Shown here piece by piece: positions 1 through 9,294 of a DNA stretch of 64,000 nt; position 1 is the first letter of the stretch; each line of letters starts with the position of its first letter. The notes beneath the pieces are model-generated. The model ran no database searches. It was not told where the DNA came from and saw only the letters and a program-made list of their open reading frames with translations. The stretch lies in the IMG/VR virus record IMGVR_UViG_3300027782_000042; one strand, given 5' to 3'. The DNA is from an uncultured virus (IMG/VR IMGVR_UViG_3300027782_000042). Taxonomy: Duplodnaviria; Heunggongvirae; Uroviricota; Caudoviricetes. The translations under genes were made by a program, and so were the position numbers.

Positions 1-1116
1 GGTCAATTACTTGCATATATCGTAAAGGGTGAGTTAGGAATTCCTGATCATGCACACGTTTCAGTTAAAGTTGGTGATGTTAAAGATTTCGTTGACGTAA
101 ACGGTAATATTGAGGGTGTGGATAATAGTTTATTAGGTAATTTATCAATTACAACAAGTAAAGGTGAAGAAACCCCTATTGACACTAAAACAATAATGGG
201 TACGGCAGCCGGATTAACCGCAGCCGCTCTAAGTTCTTTAGATATTAAAAGACCTGAATCGGATATAAGTGGTATTGCTTCAAGATTTGGTATTACAGAC
301 GTTGATGTTAATACTGATTCCGTATCTGGAGTCTTAAATAAAATAATACTATCTTCAGAAGGTATCGGTACCGATGAAACTTCAATACATGATGCAATTA
401 AAAAATTAAGTAGTTGTTATGAACTTGATGAACTAAATAAAATGGTTGAAAGAAAGGAAATTGATGGGAAAAAATATAAAGACGTATTTGATTACATTAA
501 TAGTGAAATGAATTATGGAGATGAACTATTTGTTAAAAGTTTAGTTAAAACAATAAATAATATTTGTCCAAATACTGTAACAGATAAAGGGAACCAAATT
601 TTACGTGTTAATAAAAGTATTTACGTAGGTGGAGGAATTGATAAAGTAGTTCCAATAAAACTTCTTAATGATTTAAAATCTTATGGTCTTTCAGATAATG
701 CCGCCAAAGGAGTTGTTGCAAACGCTTTTGGTGAAAGTGTTTTTAACGTTAAGGCTAAAGGGGATTCAGGAAGTTACGGGGAAAGTTCAAATAGATCAAT
801 AAACATTGATGGTAAAAAATACTGTTCTTTTGGTTTATGGCAATATAATATTTGTGGTGGAATGGGAGTTTCATTCTTGAAGAACTATAACGTAAATGTT
901 GATACTTCTTCAGATGAAGAAAAATTAAGAATTTTATTTGATTATAATAAACAAGTTGAGTTTATGTCAAAAAGAATAAAAGAAGAACAAATTAACAGTG
1001 AGAAGGACGTAAGAACTTGGATAGATTGGATTGTTGATAATGTTGAGAGACCTTCAGATAGGACTTCCGCAAAAATAAAAAGGCAAGAATTTGCAAAACA
1101 ACAAGGATGGTCTTAA
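1..1116 (+). CDS. Multi-domain peptidoglycan hydrolase, 5' truncated by window edge (M23-like tail, annexin-like repeat, phage tail lysozyme-like domain)
   Basis: Frame is open from base 1 (GQLLAYIVKGELGIPDHAHVSV, HxH like M23 peptidases) into ORF 118..1116. Contains GIGTDETSIHDAI, and a C-terminal GLSDNAAKGVVANAFGES..FN...SFGLWQYN typical of Phage_lysozyme2-type domains. Confidence 0.6.
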   Translation, partial: GQLLAYIVKGELGIPDHAHVSVKVGDVKDFVDVNGNIEGVDNSLLGNLSITTSKGEETPIDTKTIMGTAAGLTAAALSSLDIKRPESDISGIASRFGITDVDVNTDSVSGVLNKIILSSEGIGTDETSIHDAIKKLSSCYELDELNKMVERKEIDGKKYKDVFDYINSEMNYGDELFVKSLVKTINNICPNTVTDKGNQILRVNKSIYVGGGIDKVVPIKLLNDLKSYGLSDNAAKGVVANAFGESVFNVKAKGDSGSYGESSNRSINIDGKKYCSFGLWQYNICGGMGVSFLKNYNVNVDTSSDEEKLRILFDYNKQVEFMSKRIKEEQINSEKDVRTWIDWIVDNVERPSDRTSAKIKRQEFAKQQGWS

Positions 1117-1187
1117 TTTTTTTAATGACTTTGTTGACTGTTTAAAATATATGGTTTATAATTGTTGTATATTTAAAAACAAGAAAA

Positions 1188-1337
1188 ATGACAGAATTAG
1201 AAACACAAGTAATCGAGATCGAACTTTTTAGTTACCTTAACGATAAAGGTCAAAGACTTTTTACTCCAAATTTTGAATTTGCCGATGTTATGGCAAGAAA
1301 ATACGGGACGTTTAAAGTTTACGTAGAAAAATATTAA
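1188..1337 (+). CDS. Small hypothetical protein, 49 aa (not in ORF track)
   Basis: ATG at 1188 after an A-rich leader; MTELETQVIEIELFSYLNDKGQRLFTPNFEFADVMARKYGTFKVYVEKY-TAA. Confidence 0.55.
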   Translation: MTELETQVIEIELFSYLNDKGQRLFTPNFEFADVMARKYGTFKVYVEKY

Positions 1338-1355
1338 AAAAAGTTCACAAAGTAC

Positions 1356-1510
1356 TTGACAAAACAAAACAAATGTCGTAACTTTGTAAAACAAATTTGG
1401 AAAACGTCCAAATAAGAAATAAAAAAAGTTTAGAAAAAATTTGGAAAATTCAAAAAGTATTCTTATCTTTGTAAAACAAATCGGAAAAGTCCGATAACGT
1501 TCTTTGAAAA
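1356..1510 (+). promoter_or_regulatory. Tandem Bacteroidota sigma-A type promoters followed by boxA-like element
   Basis: TTG(1356)...TAACTTTG(1379-1386) and TTTG(1440)...TATCTTTG(1464-1471), both followed by TAAAACAAAT; then CGTTCTTTGAAAA (1498-1510). Confidence 0.65.
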
Positions 1511-1519
1511 GTTAGATAT

Positions 1520-2385
1520 TATCCGTTCAGGATTAAGTTAAGAACCTTCGGGTTTAAGAATGAAACTGATAAAGATATTGGGCCGTGTATAGTCCATAAA
1601 ATAAACTACGAAAGTAGGATAAAGTGAACCCCCAAGTGTAACGGGTTTGCGTCTTAATGGTCTTCGGATCATTGAGGTCGAGTACACAGGCGAGATACCA
1701 TAAAATCTTTAGTACCGAGGCCAACGGTGTAGGGAAAGTGATTTTATGATGAGGTGATGTGGGTCATCTTGTTGAGGAGGGAACTCTAATAGGAATAACT
1801 CGTAGGGACGATGCAAGAATCAATATTTCCAATGTTGTTATTGCGGGTCTCAGTACGATAGGGTACTTAAAACCGAAAGGTATGACAACAAACAGGTGGT
1901 GCTGACATTGTCCTTGATAAACTTCTACCAAGGGGTTAATCTCGAAGTAATCTTGAAATATTGAAATGGGGACATTTCACGAGGCAGTTTGGTATTTTGT
2001 TATTCAAAAGATAATGAAGCTTAAGACGGACCACTGCTTTGACCAATCCACGACACAAAAACTTTTATGTTAATGAAGTAACATTTATAAACTATAAAGC
2101 AAAAGTGTCCGTCACGATATAACGGAAGTTACCCACCTATTCACTGGCAGTCAGTGGAACGTGATAACCGCAAGTTTGACCGTATTTTTATGAAAAATCT
2201 CTAGGTCGTCGAAGACCGAATCAGGACGCAATCTTGAGGAGACAGGATTAGTAAGAGAGTAGTTATGTCGTCAAGGAGTGATTGGTCTAACCAATCGGTA
2301 ATGAGTGTTACAGGACAAAATCCTGTGGATAAGAGTAGAACCAATAATGACTCGAAAGACACTTACAAAAACTGTAATCTCAGGT
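1520..2385 (+). ncRNA. Large structured non-coding RNA (~870 nt), GOLLD/ROOL size class; family not established
   Basis: No ORF >=60 aa; visibly GC-richer than flanks. Many tetraloop hairpins: AACC-TTCG-GGTT, CTAC-GAAA-GTAG, GGTC-TTCG-GATC, ACC-GAAA-GGT. Further stems: GATTGG..CCAATC, ACAGGA..TCCTGT. Bounded by promoters and a terminator. Ends approximate. Confidence 0.75.
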
Positions 2386-2424
2386 TTTTATTTTTAGGTT
2401 AAATCTTATAAGAAAAAAATTAAT

Positions 2425-2455
2425 AGGGACGATGTGAATCGATCCCTTTTTTTTT
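2425..2455 (+). terminator. Rho-independent terminator after ncRNA
   Basis: AGGGACGAT-gtga-ATCGATCCCT followed by a long T run. Confidence 0.7.
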
Positions 2456-2512
2456 GTTTTTTTTTATATACTGATGTATTTATATTTAAAGATAAATAAA
2501 TAATTTTACATT

Positions 2513-3010
2513 ATGAAAAGAATAATTAGACTAACAGAATCAGATCTTGCAAGAATAGTAAGAAGAGTAATTAGTGAAGGATTTGCTCAAAATACTGTTT
2601 TAGCGTTTGATTCGGTAACTGGATATAAAAGTGCATTGTTCCCGCAATTACAATATAAAAAAAATGGGACGGCATGGGACGTAAATTTTGCGGGTAGTAA
2701 AACTTTAGGAAATTTAATGAATATGAGAGATGGAAGTTTCCAAGTAGTTAACACAGAGGCAGACCCAACAAATATAGATCAAAGGACGGCATTTGGTGTT
2801 TTCCTTAATACAACCCCTAAAACAAGAGCTGAGGTAGAAACTGCGGTTAAGGCCGTGGTCCAAGGAGGATATAAAGACCCGTTCACAATCAAGGCCGGTG
2901 GTAAAACTAAAAACGCAAAAGGTGTATTAGTTACTTGGGGTCGACCTGGATTTACGGCTGGAAGCGAAATGACTGATGCAATTTGTAAATTGTATAACGT
3001 TACCGCATAA
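2513..3010 (+). CDS. Hypothetical, probable capsid-internal protein with N-terminal targeting/propeptide helix
   Basis: N-terminus MKRIIRLTESDLARIVRRVISE; TATTTATA at 2477-2484 upstream. Confidence 0.55.
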   Translation: MKRIIRLTESDLARIVRRVISEGFAQNTVLAFDSVTGYKSALFPQLQYKKNGTAWDVNFAGSKTLGNLMNMRDGSFQVVNTEADPTNIDQRTAFGVFLNTTPKTRAEVETAVKAVVQGGYKDPFTIKAGGKTKNAKGVLVTWGRPGFTAGSEMTDAICKLYNVTA

Positions 3011-3046
3011 TAAAGAGATTTTTATGGAGATAAAAAAAACGTAAGT

Positions 3047-3493
3047 CTATTGTAGACTTACGTTTTTTGATATATACCCAATAGCGTAATTACCCTCAAT
3101 ATGGTAAGTGATCAATCTAAATGGTTGATTATTTTTATAAACTACAACCATTCGTGATTTACTATTAGAGTCAGAAATACTTAAAAAAATATTTTTATTA
3201 TTTAAAATATTTTTAGATGTAATTTGATAATTTTTTAACGTATCTCCTTCATCAACACTTGATATTACATTATTTTCTTTAAAGTTGATATTAAAAACCA
3301 TAAAATAATCTGATTCATAACTTTCCATATATGACCATCTATTCATTGTTGAGTCTGTACTCATAAAATACATTAACTCATCTATAGTCATAGTAAAATC
3401 ATAAAAGTCTGTGGCAAAAATATTTACATTTTTTTGGGAAAATGACAAAAAACTTGACAATGTCATGATTAAAGAAAAAAATAATGTTTTCAT
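3047..3493 (-). CDS. Secreted/periplasmic hypothetical protein (Sec signal peptide)
   Basis: MKTLFFSLIMTLSSFLSFS|QK: hydrophobic leader with +1 Gln typical of Bacteroidota SPI substrates. Confidence 0.65.
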   Translation of the reverse strand: MKTLFFSLIMTLSSFLSFSQKNVNIFATDFYDFTMTIDELMYFMSTDSTMNRWSYMESYESDYFMVFNINFKENNVISSVDEGDTLKNYQITSKNILNNKNIFLSISDSNSKSRMVVVYKNNQPFRLITYHIEGNYAIGYISKNVSLQ

Positions 3494-3547
3494 TTTTATT
3501 AAAGGTTTAAATTAATGATTTTTTTATAAAGATAGTTATTTTTTTTT

Positions 3548-3573
3548 ATCCCCACCATAAAGATGGGGATTTT
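3548..3573. terminator. Hairpin terminator downstream of tmRNA; member of repeated ATCCCCAcc..agaTGGGGAT family
   Basis: ATCCCCA-ccataaaga-TGGGGAT hairpin abutting the tmRNA 3' end. Confidence 0.6.
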
Positions 3574-3576
3574 AAT

Positions 3577-3987
3577 TGGTGGAGGTGCGGAGGCTCGAAC
3601 TCCGGTCCATAATATCCTGTCAAACAAGGACTACACGTTTAGGTTAACATTTTCTAACGTTCCAAAATATTCGATTTTTAACTTGATCGAAAACAAGGTT
3701 AGTTTGTTCTTCATTATCGTAAACTAACAACCAATAAACGACTCGATTTCGGGTTCAGTCGTATTCCACCTTAAAGGACTTCTGTTGCTAGGTTATGTGT
3801 CCACCGACCCCCGTTTCCGTTAACTAATTAAGCTACAGTAACTTCAGAACCTCTTAGTAAACCAAGAGTTTCCATTTTCGATAAAACGTCGCCGATTGTT
3901 TTTGTGAATCAGTTTTTAAAGAGATTAATTCAGTCTCTACGTGCCCTTTATTCTCAGCCAATACCTGTCAAATCCAAAAACACCCCC
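3577..3987 (-). ncRNA. ssrA: tmRNA (transfer-messenger RNA)
   Basis: Minus strand begins GGGGGTGTTTTTGGATTTGAC and ends CGGAG-TTCGAGC-CTCCG-CACCTCC-ACCA. Acceptor stem has the G3:U70 alanine identity pair, a T-arm and encoded CCA. Internal tag ORF 3893..3828. Confidence 0.93.
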
Positions 3988-4070
3988 ATATGTCAAATAA
4001 CTTTTGTTTATATAAATACAAATATAATGGGTAAATTACAATAATCAAAATATTTTGATATTTATTTTAT

Positions 4071-5150
4071 ATGTCAGAAATTGGGGAAACATACGAATAT
4101 TTAAAAAAATTATCAAAAAAGGATTTAACGGATGTTAGATTTAGTAAATACCAGTATCCTGATATAATCGATGATATTAAATACAATTATGATTCCCCGT
4201 CATCAAGTGTTATTTATTTTGAATTTGAAAATACTGAAGAATATTTTAAAATTTTAGGTATTGAGGATGAGGAAGATATCTATGTGTGGAATAAATTTAT
4301 GGATAATTATTATTACGATTATGATTATGATTATTACAGATATGAAGAAGATTGGAAAGAGGGGTACATATTAAAAGAATTTAGTCCAGAAAATCTTAAC
4401 TTGGTTAAACAAATTCTAAGATTAGTTAACCCATCAATGGTTTTACGAGATGACGATACGGATGCCAATATGGGTATTATTGCGACTTATTTAGACAAAA
4501 GGTTTGGTGATATTGAATATATTGTTAGTGAATATGGTTCTTTGAACCAAGACTGTACTAGAAGGGCGGTTAGTAATGTTTTAAAAAATGAAACTAAAAA
4601 TCCATTTAAAAAACTTGGGATTAGTGAGACTTATGGGAATTACAGATTTAAAACCACTTTAGGTGTATTAATACATTGGTACGAGACTTTAGAGGCCAAA
4701 AATTTTGATATACCAGAATTATTAAAGTTAATGTTAACAAAATACGATAGAGAATCTAGAGGTAACTGGTATGAATTGGAATATAATGTTTGGTGTGATG
4801 ATTTTGAATGGGACTCTTTTCACAAAGAAACTGCCCGTCATTTAAATGATATCTTAGAAAAGGTAGAAGAAGATTTATCTGAAGATGTAAGTTTTGAAAG
4901 GTACAACGAATTGTTTAATATTGTGGAAAAATTAGGAGGTTTTAGAAGATGGATTAATATCCCCTCAAAAAAAATTGAAGTGTACTTTTCAGATCTAGAT
5001 ATAAAAACAGGAAAACTTAATTTTACCTCTAGAAAACCAAACCATCCTTCAGAAGATAGATCTGTGGATAATGTTGAGGATTTAAATTTATCACTTTACC
5101 ATCCTGAATTATTTGAACAACTTAAAAAAATAAAAGGTATTATTTTGTAA
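4071..5150 (+). CDS. Acidic hypothetical protein
   Basis: 359 aa ORF, Asp/Tyr-rich; TATTTAT at 4059-4065. Confidence 0.6.
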   Translation: MSEIGETYEYLKKLSKKDLTDVRFSKYQYPDIIDDIKYNYDSPSSSVIYFEFENTEEYFKILGIEDEEDIYVWNKFMDNYYYDYDYDYYRYEEDWKEGYILKEFSPENLNLVKQILRLVNPSMVLRDDDTDANMGIIATYLDKRFGDIEYIVSEYGSLNQDCTRRAVSNVLKNETKNPFKKLGISETYGNYRFKTTLGVLIHWYETLEAKNFDIPELLKLMLTKYDRESRGNWYELEYNVWCDDFEWDSFHKETARHLNDILEKVEEDLSEDVSFERYNELFNIVEKLGGFRRWINIPSKKIEVYFSDLDIKTGKLNFTSRKPNHPSEDRSVDNVEDLNLSLYHPELFEQLKKIKGIIL

Positions 5151-5179
5151 ACACCATTTATTTTTCGTAAGTTTGTAAA

Positions 5180-5965
5180 ATGGAAAGAAATTACGAATTA
5201 CTAAAAGAGGTGTTATCGGTACCCTCAAAAACATATCAAGAAGATTTATTGATACAATTTATCTGTGATTGGTTAGATAAAAATAACATCACATATTATG
5301 TTGATGACTTATACAACATATATGCAACAAAACAAACTGATCAGGATATTGAATACTTTCCTTGTGTGGTCGCACATACTGATACTGTACATAATATTGA
5401 CACAATAAATGTTAAAGAAGAGATGTTACCTGATGCTCAAGGTAATGTTAAACTATCTTTAAAGGCATATAATAATAACGGAGACCCAACAGGAATTGGT
5501 GGTGATGATAAATGTGGGGTTTATGGGTGTTTAGAACTACTAAAAGAATTACCTAATCTAAAAGCCGCTTTCTTTGTTGCTGAAGAAACAGGATGTAAGG
5601 GTTCATTTAATGCGGATCCTAATTTTTTCACTAATGTTGGTTACGTTATACAATTTGATGCCCCCGAAAATAATATGATTTCAGAATTTTTAATGAACAA
5701 ACCAATGTTTAATAGAGACAGTGAATTCTTTAATGTTGGGGGTAGACTAATAACAGAACATTTTCCTGGCGATACAGAATACCATAGACACCCATACACG
5801 GATATATACCCATTAAATAAGAACTTTGGGTTGTCCTGTTTCAATATCTCTATTGGGTACTACAATTACCACACAAGAAACGAATACGTGGTTGTTGACG
5901 ACACATACAATGGTATTAAGGTGGGTAAATTAATGATAGAGGAGTTAGGTAATAATAAACATTAA
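5180..5965 (+). CDS. Zn metallopeptidase, M20/M28/M42 clan
   Basis: Motifs VAHTDTV, GGDDKCG, AEETG, QFD, YHT; upstream TAAGTTTG host-type promoter element. Confidence 0.85.
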   Translation: MERNYELLKEVLSVPSKTYQEDLLIQFICDWLDKNNITYYVDDLYNIYATKQTDQDIEYFPCVVAHTDTVHNIDTINVKEEMLPDAQGNVKLSLKAYNNNGDPTGIGGDDKCGVYGCLELLKELPNLKAAFFVAEETGCKGSFNADPNFFTNVGYVIQFDAPENNMISEFLMNKPMFNRDSEFFNVGGRLITEHFPGDTEYHRHPYTDIYPLNKNFGLSCFNISIGYYNYHTRNEYVVVDDTYNGIKVGKLMIEELGNNKH

Positions 5966-6037
5966 TAAAAAAATTTACTCATATCCTTTAATTTCTTTAA
6001 AATTCATATATTTATTTGTTAAATACAAAAAAATATT

Positions 6038-6526
6038 ATGATAAAATTTATAATCTCAGAACAAGAAAAAAGTAGAATTTTGGAAATGCACCAAAACGCT
6101 ACATCAAGACATTATATAATGGAACAATCTCTTGCTAACACTCAAGCCGCGGCATTTGTTAATGAATTTAACAGAGTTATGACGGCATATAAATTACCTG
6201 CATACACCGCAAAATTTGTAAAAGGAGCTGATGATTATCACGGAAATATAGTTATTTACAAAGATGGTAAAGAATTAGTTAAATCACCACAAGATTTTGG
6301 TGTCGCAATTACCGCAAACTTATCAACAGGTGTACAACAAGAAAAGGACCCATTAGACAACTACGGAACAAAAATAGTGGATGGTAAACTAATGCAGTTT
6401 AGCGGTAGTTTAGTAAATGTTTTAAATACTGCAGATGCTGCAGTTAAAGATAAACTTGCAATTGCCGTTAGAAGTGGGATAGATGCGGTTAAAAAAACTT
6501 TATTAACTTCCCCAACCCAAAAATAA
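6038..6526 (+). CDS. Hypothetical, probable capsid-internal protein
   Basis: N-terminus MIKFIISEQEKSRILEMH...IMEQ; TATTTAT at 6010-6016. Confidence 0.55.
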   Translation: MIKFIISEQEKSRILEMHQNATSRHYIMEQSLANTQAAAFVNEFNRVMTAYKLPAYTAKFVKGADDYHGNIVIYKDGKELVKSPQDFGVAITANLSTGVQQEKDPLDNYGTKIVDGKLMQFSGSLVNVLNTADAAVKDKLAIAVRSGIDAVKKTLLTSPTQK

Positions 6527-6542
6527 AAATATTAAGTTATGT

Positions 6543-6576
6543 AAAAATCCCCACCTGAAAAGATGGGGATTTTTTT
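6543..6576. terminator. Bidirectional terminator between convergent genes
   Basis: AAAAATCCCCA-cctgaaaaga-TGGGGATTTTTT. Confidence 0.75.
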
Positions 6577-6997
6577 ATGATGGTTTTTCTATATTAAACT
6601 TTGTAATATTTTTTACTGTGGTTGAGTTATCTGTAAACCAAAACCAAATAACATTTTCGCTCCCATAATTTGTATTAACGATCAAACCATAATCAAAACT
6701 TTTTTCCAATATATTAATCTTAAGTGACCCATTACCAAGATTTACAAATTTAATTGGTAACGAACTAATTTCAACACCATCAATAAAATATGTGGAAGTT
6801 TCATTACCAAGGTCTATAATATATTTGGTGTAATCACTATTAACATCATATATTAAATCCGGTTTCATTAACACAGAATCCACCGATGTTCTATGAAATG
6901 AAATCATTTCTTGTTTTTCAAATACGTGAATTATTAATTTTTGACTAAATGATAAAAAATTAAAGAAAAAAAATAGGGTTAAAAAAATTGTTTTCAT
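6575..6997 (-). CDS. Secreted/periplasmic hypothetical protein, likely paralog of 3047..3493
   Basis: MKTIFLTLFFFFNFLSFS|QK; similar length and leader to 3047..3493; TAAATTTG upstream on minus strand. Confidence 0.65.
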   Translation of the reverse strand: MKTIFLTLFFFFNFLSFSQKLIIHVFEKQEMISFHRTSVDSVLMKPDLIYDVNSDYTKYIIDLGNETSTYFIDGVEISSLPIKFVNLGNGSLKINILEKSFDYGLIVNTNYGSENVIWFWFTDNSTTVKNITKFNIEKPS

Positions 6998-7047
6998 ATT
7001 CTGTTATTAAAACAAATTTATAAAAAAAAATTTATTTAAAAAAATTA

Positions 7048-9108
7048 TTATCCCTTTTTATTTCTTCCTTTTTTCTTTGGTTCTGGTTTTGACCTATCCT
7101 CAATTTCTATTGTTTGATCATCACCTTCTCCTTTAACAAATAACATATATTCGCCCCCTTCTATAACCTCATTGTTTAATATCTTTTCTGAAATTAAGTC
7201 TTCGATTTTATCTTGGATCGCTCTTTTAATTGGTCTTGCTCCGTATTGATCATCAAAACCAACTTTTGATATAAAATCAGTCACAGAACCTTCATAAGAA
7301 ACGTTATATTTCATAGATGTTAATCTGTCAATTAGTTTATCAATTTCAAGTTTTACAATTTTATCAATATGTTCTTTTACTAAAGAATTAAATATTACAA
7401 CATCATCAATTCTATTTAAAAATTCAGGTGCAAAAAATTTGCGTAATTCTTTTTTCAATACGTCTCTTTTATACTCCTCTTGGACAACTTCACTATTATT
7501 ATTTGTTTTAAATCCAACACCATTCCCAAAGTCCTGTAATTTTCTAACACCAATATTTGATGTCATAATAATTAAACAGTTTTTAAAGTTGATCTTTCTG
7601 CCTAACCCATCAGTTAAATGTCCATCATCTAACATCTGTAGTAAGGTTGCGAATATGTCTTTATTTGCCTTCTCAATCTCATCAAAAAGTATGACAGAAT
7701 ATGGTTTATTTTTAACTTGTTCTGTTAATTGACCCCCTTCTTCATGTCCCACATATCCTGGAGGGGATCCAATAAGTCTTGAGATGGTATGTTTCTCTTG
7801 GTACTCAGACATGTCAACTCTTATTAAACTATCTTCACTACCAAATATTTCTTTTGCTAATTTTTTTGCTAAAAACGTCTTACCAACACCTGTTGATCCT
7901 AAAAATATAAACGAACCGATTGGTCTATTAGGGTCTTTAATCCCAACTCTATTTCTTCTTATAGATTTTGATATTTTTCCAACCGCCTCTTCTTGACCAA
8001 TAACGTATTTATTTAAAGTTAATTCAAGATTAACTAACGAATTTTTCTCATCTACATTTATTTTACTAACAGGAATTTTAGTCATGTTTGAAACTACCTC
8101 ATAAATGATTTCATCAGGAATACCTCGTTTACTATTTTTAAGATGATCCTCAAATTTCTTTTTCTCCTCTTCTAATTTAATTAAAACGTTTCTTTCTCTA
8201 TCTCTTAATTCGGCTGCTTGTTCGTAGTTTTGTTTTTTAATAACGGTCGCCTTCTCTTTCTTTATTTCTTGGGCCTCAACTTTTAATAACTCAATTTCTT
8301 CAGGTAATTTTATATCTATTTGCATTCTTGACCCAACCTCATCTAAAATATCAAAAGCCTTATCAGGAAACTCTCTATCCGTAATATATCTATCGGCTAA
8401 CTCAACACATAACCGAAGTGATTCATCGGTATAATTAACCTTATGATGTTCTTCATATTTACCCTTACTTTGTTGTAGTATTTGAAACGTTTCTTCTTTG
8501 GTTGATGGATCTACAATAATCTTTTGGAATCTTCTTTCTAATGCACCATCTTTCTCAAAATGTCTTCTATATTCATCAAGGGTTGTTGCTCCAATACACT
8601 GAATTTCACCTCTTGATAACGCAGGTTTAAATATGTTTGATGCGTCTAAAGAACCTGAACTATTACCCGCACCAACCATAGTATGAATTTCATCTATAAA
8701 TAAAATAATATTAGGGGTGTTCTGAAGTTCTTCAATAATCACCTTCATTCTTTCTTCAAATTGACCTCTATACTTTGTGCCGGCAACAATTGAGTTAATG
8801 TCTAAAGACACAATTCTTTTATCTACCAAATTTTTTGGGCACTCTCCACCATAAATCATCATTGCAAGACCCTCGACGATTGCAGTTTTACCTGCTCCTG
8901 GTTCACCAATAATAATAGGGTTATTTTTTTTCCTCCTTGATAAAACTTGGGCAATTCTAAAGATTTCTTTTTCTCTACCAATTACTGGGTCTAATTTACC
9001 TTGTTCGGCAAGTTTTATTAGATCTTTACTAAAATTATCTAATACAGGTGTTCCGGCCTCACTCTTTTTTTTATTTTTATCATTACTATCGTCTACAAAA
9101 TCTAACAT
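7048..9108 (-). CDS. clpC: ClpC-like Clp/Hsp100 AAA+ ATPase lacking the N-terminal Clp repeat domain
   Basis: Two Walker A motifs (GEPGAGKT, GSTGVGKT), LFIDEIH, UVR-like QNYEQAAELRD, GVGF ClpP-docking-like loop, GARPIKR. Confidence 0.9.
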   Translation of the reverse strand: MLDFVDDSNDKNKKKSEAGTPVLDNFSKDLIKLAEQGKLDPVIGREKEIFRIAQVLSRRKKNNPIIIGEPGAGKTAIVEGLAMMIYGGECPKNLVDKRIVSLDINSIVAGTKYRGQFEERMKVIIEELQNTPNIILFIDEIHTMVGAGNSSGSLDASNIFKPALSRGEIQCIGATTLDEYRRHFEKDGALERRFQKIIVDPSTKEETFQILQQSKGKYEEHHKVNYTDESLRLCVELADRYITDREFPDKAFDILDEVGSRMQIDIKLPEEIELLKVEAQEIKKEKATVIKKQNYEQAAELRDRERNVLIKLEEEKKKFEDHLKNSKRGIPDEIIYEVVSNMTKIPVSKINVDEKNSLVNLELTLNKYVIGQEEAVGKISKSIRRNRVGIKDPNRPIGSFIFLGSTGVGKTFLAKKLAKEIFGSEDSLIRVDMSEYQEKHTISRLIGSPPGYVGHEEGGQLTEQVKNKPYSVILFDEIEKANKDIFATLLQMLDDGHLTDGLGRKINFKNCLIIMTSNIGVRKLQDFGNGVGFKTNNNSEVVQEEYKRDVLKKELRKFFAPEFLNRIDDVVIFNSLVKEHIDKIVKLEIDKLIDRLTSMKYNVSYEGSVTDFISKVGFDDQYGARPIKRAIQDKIEDLISEKILNNEVIEGGEYMLFVKGEGDDQTIEIEDRSKPEPKKKGRNKKG

Positions 9109-9294
9109 AATTAAAAGTTTTATATAAATCTAAATATATTCATATTGTTAGTCAATACTTGTCTTTTTGTCAGGTGTGGGTATAATTACATGACAAAATG
9201 TCATATTTTAATAAATGTTATATTTTTAAAATAAAAAGTCCCATTGATTGGTGGATTTTTTTATTTGTGTTATTTATTTTAATAATAAAAAATT

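Noticed and set aside
1197..1394. 65-aa minus-strand ORF
   Set aside because: Overlaps the promoter region and a more plausible + strand 49-aa ORF at 1188..1337.
1520..2385. rRNA fragment or self-splicing intron
   Set aside because: No universal 16S/23S signature recognised, and it does not interrupt a gene; it has its own promoter and terminator. Not formally excluded without a covariance search.
3577..3610. Standalone tRNA-Ala
   Set aside because: The T-arm/CCA pairs with a 5' end 410 nt away and encloses a tag ORF, so it is tmRNA.
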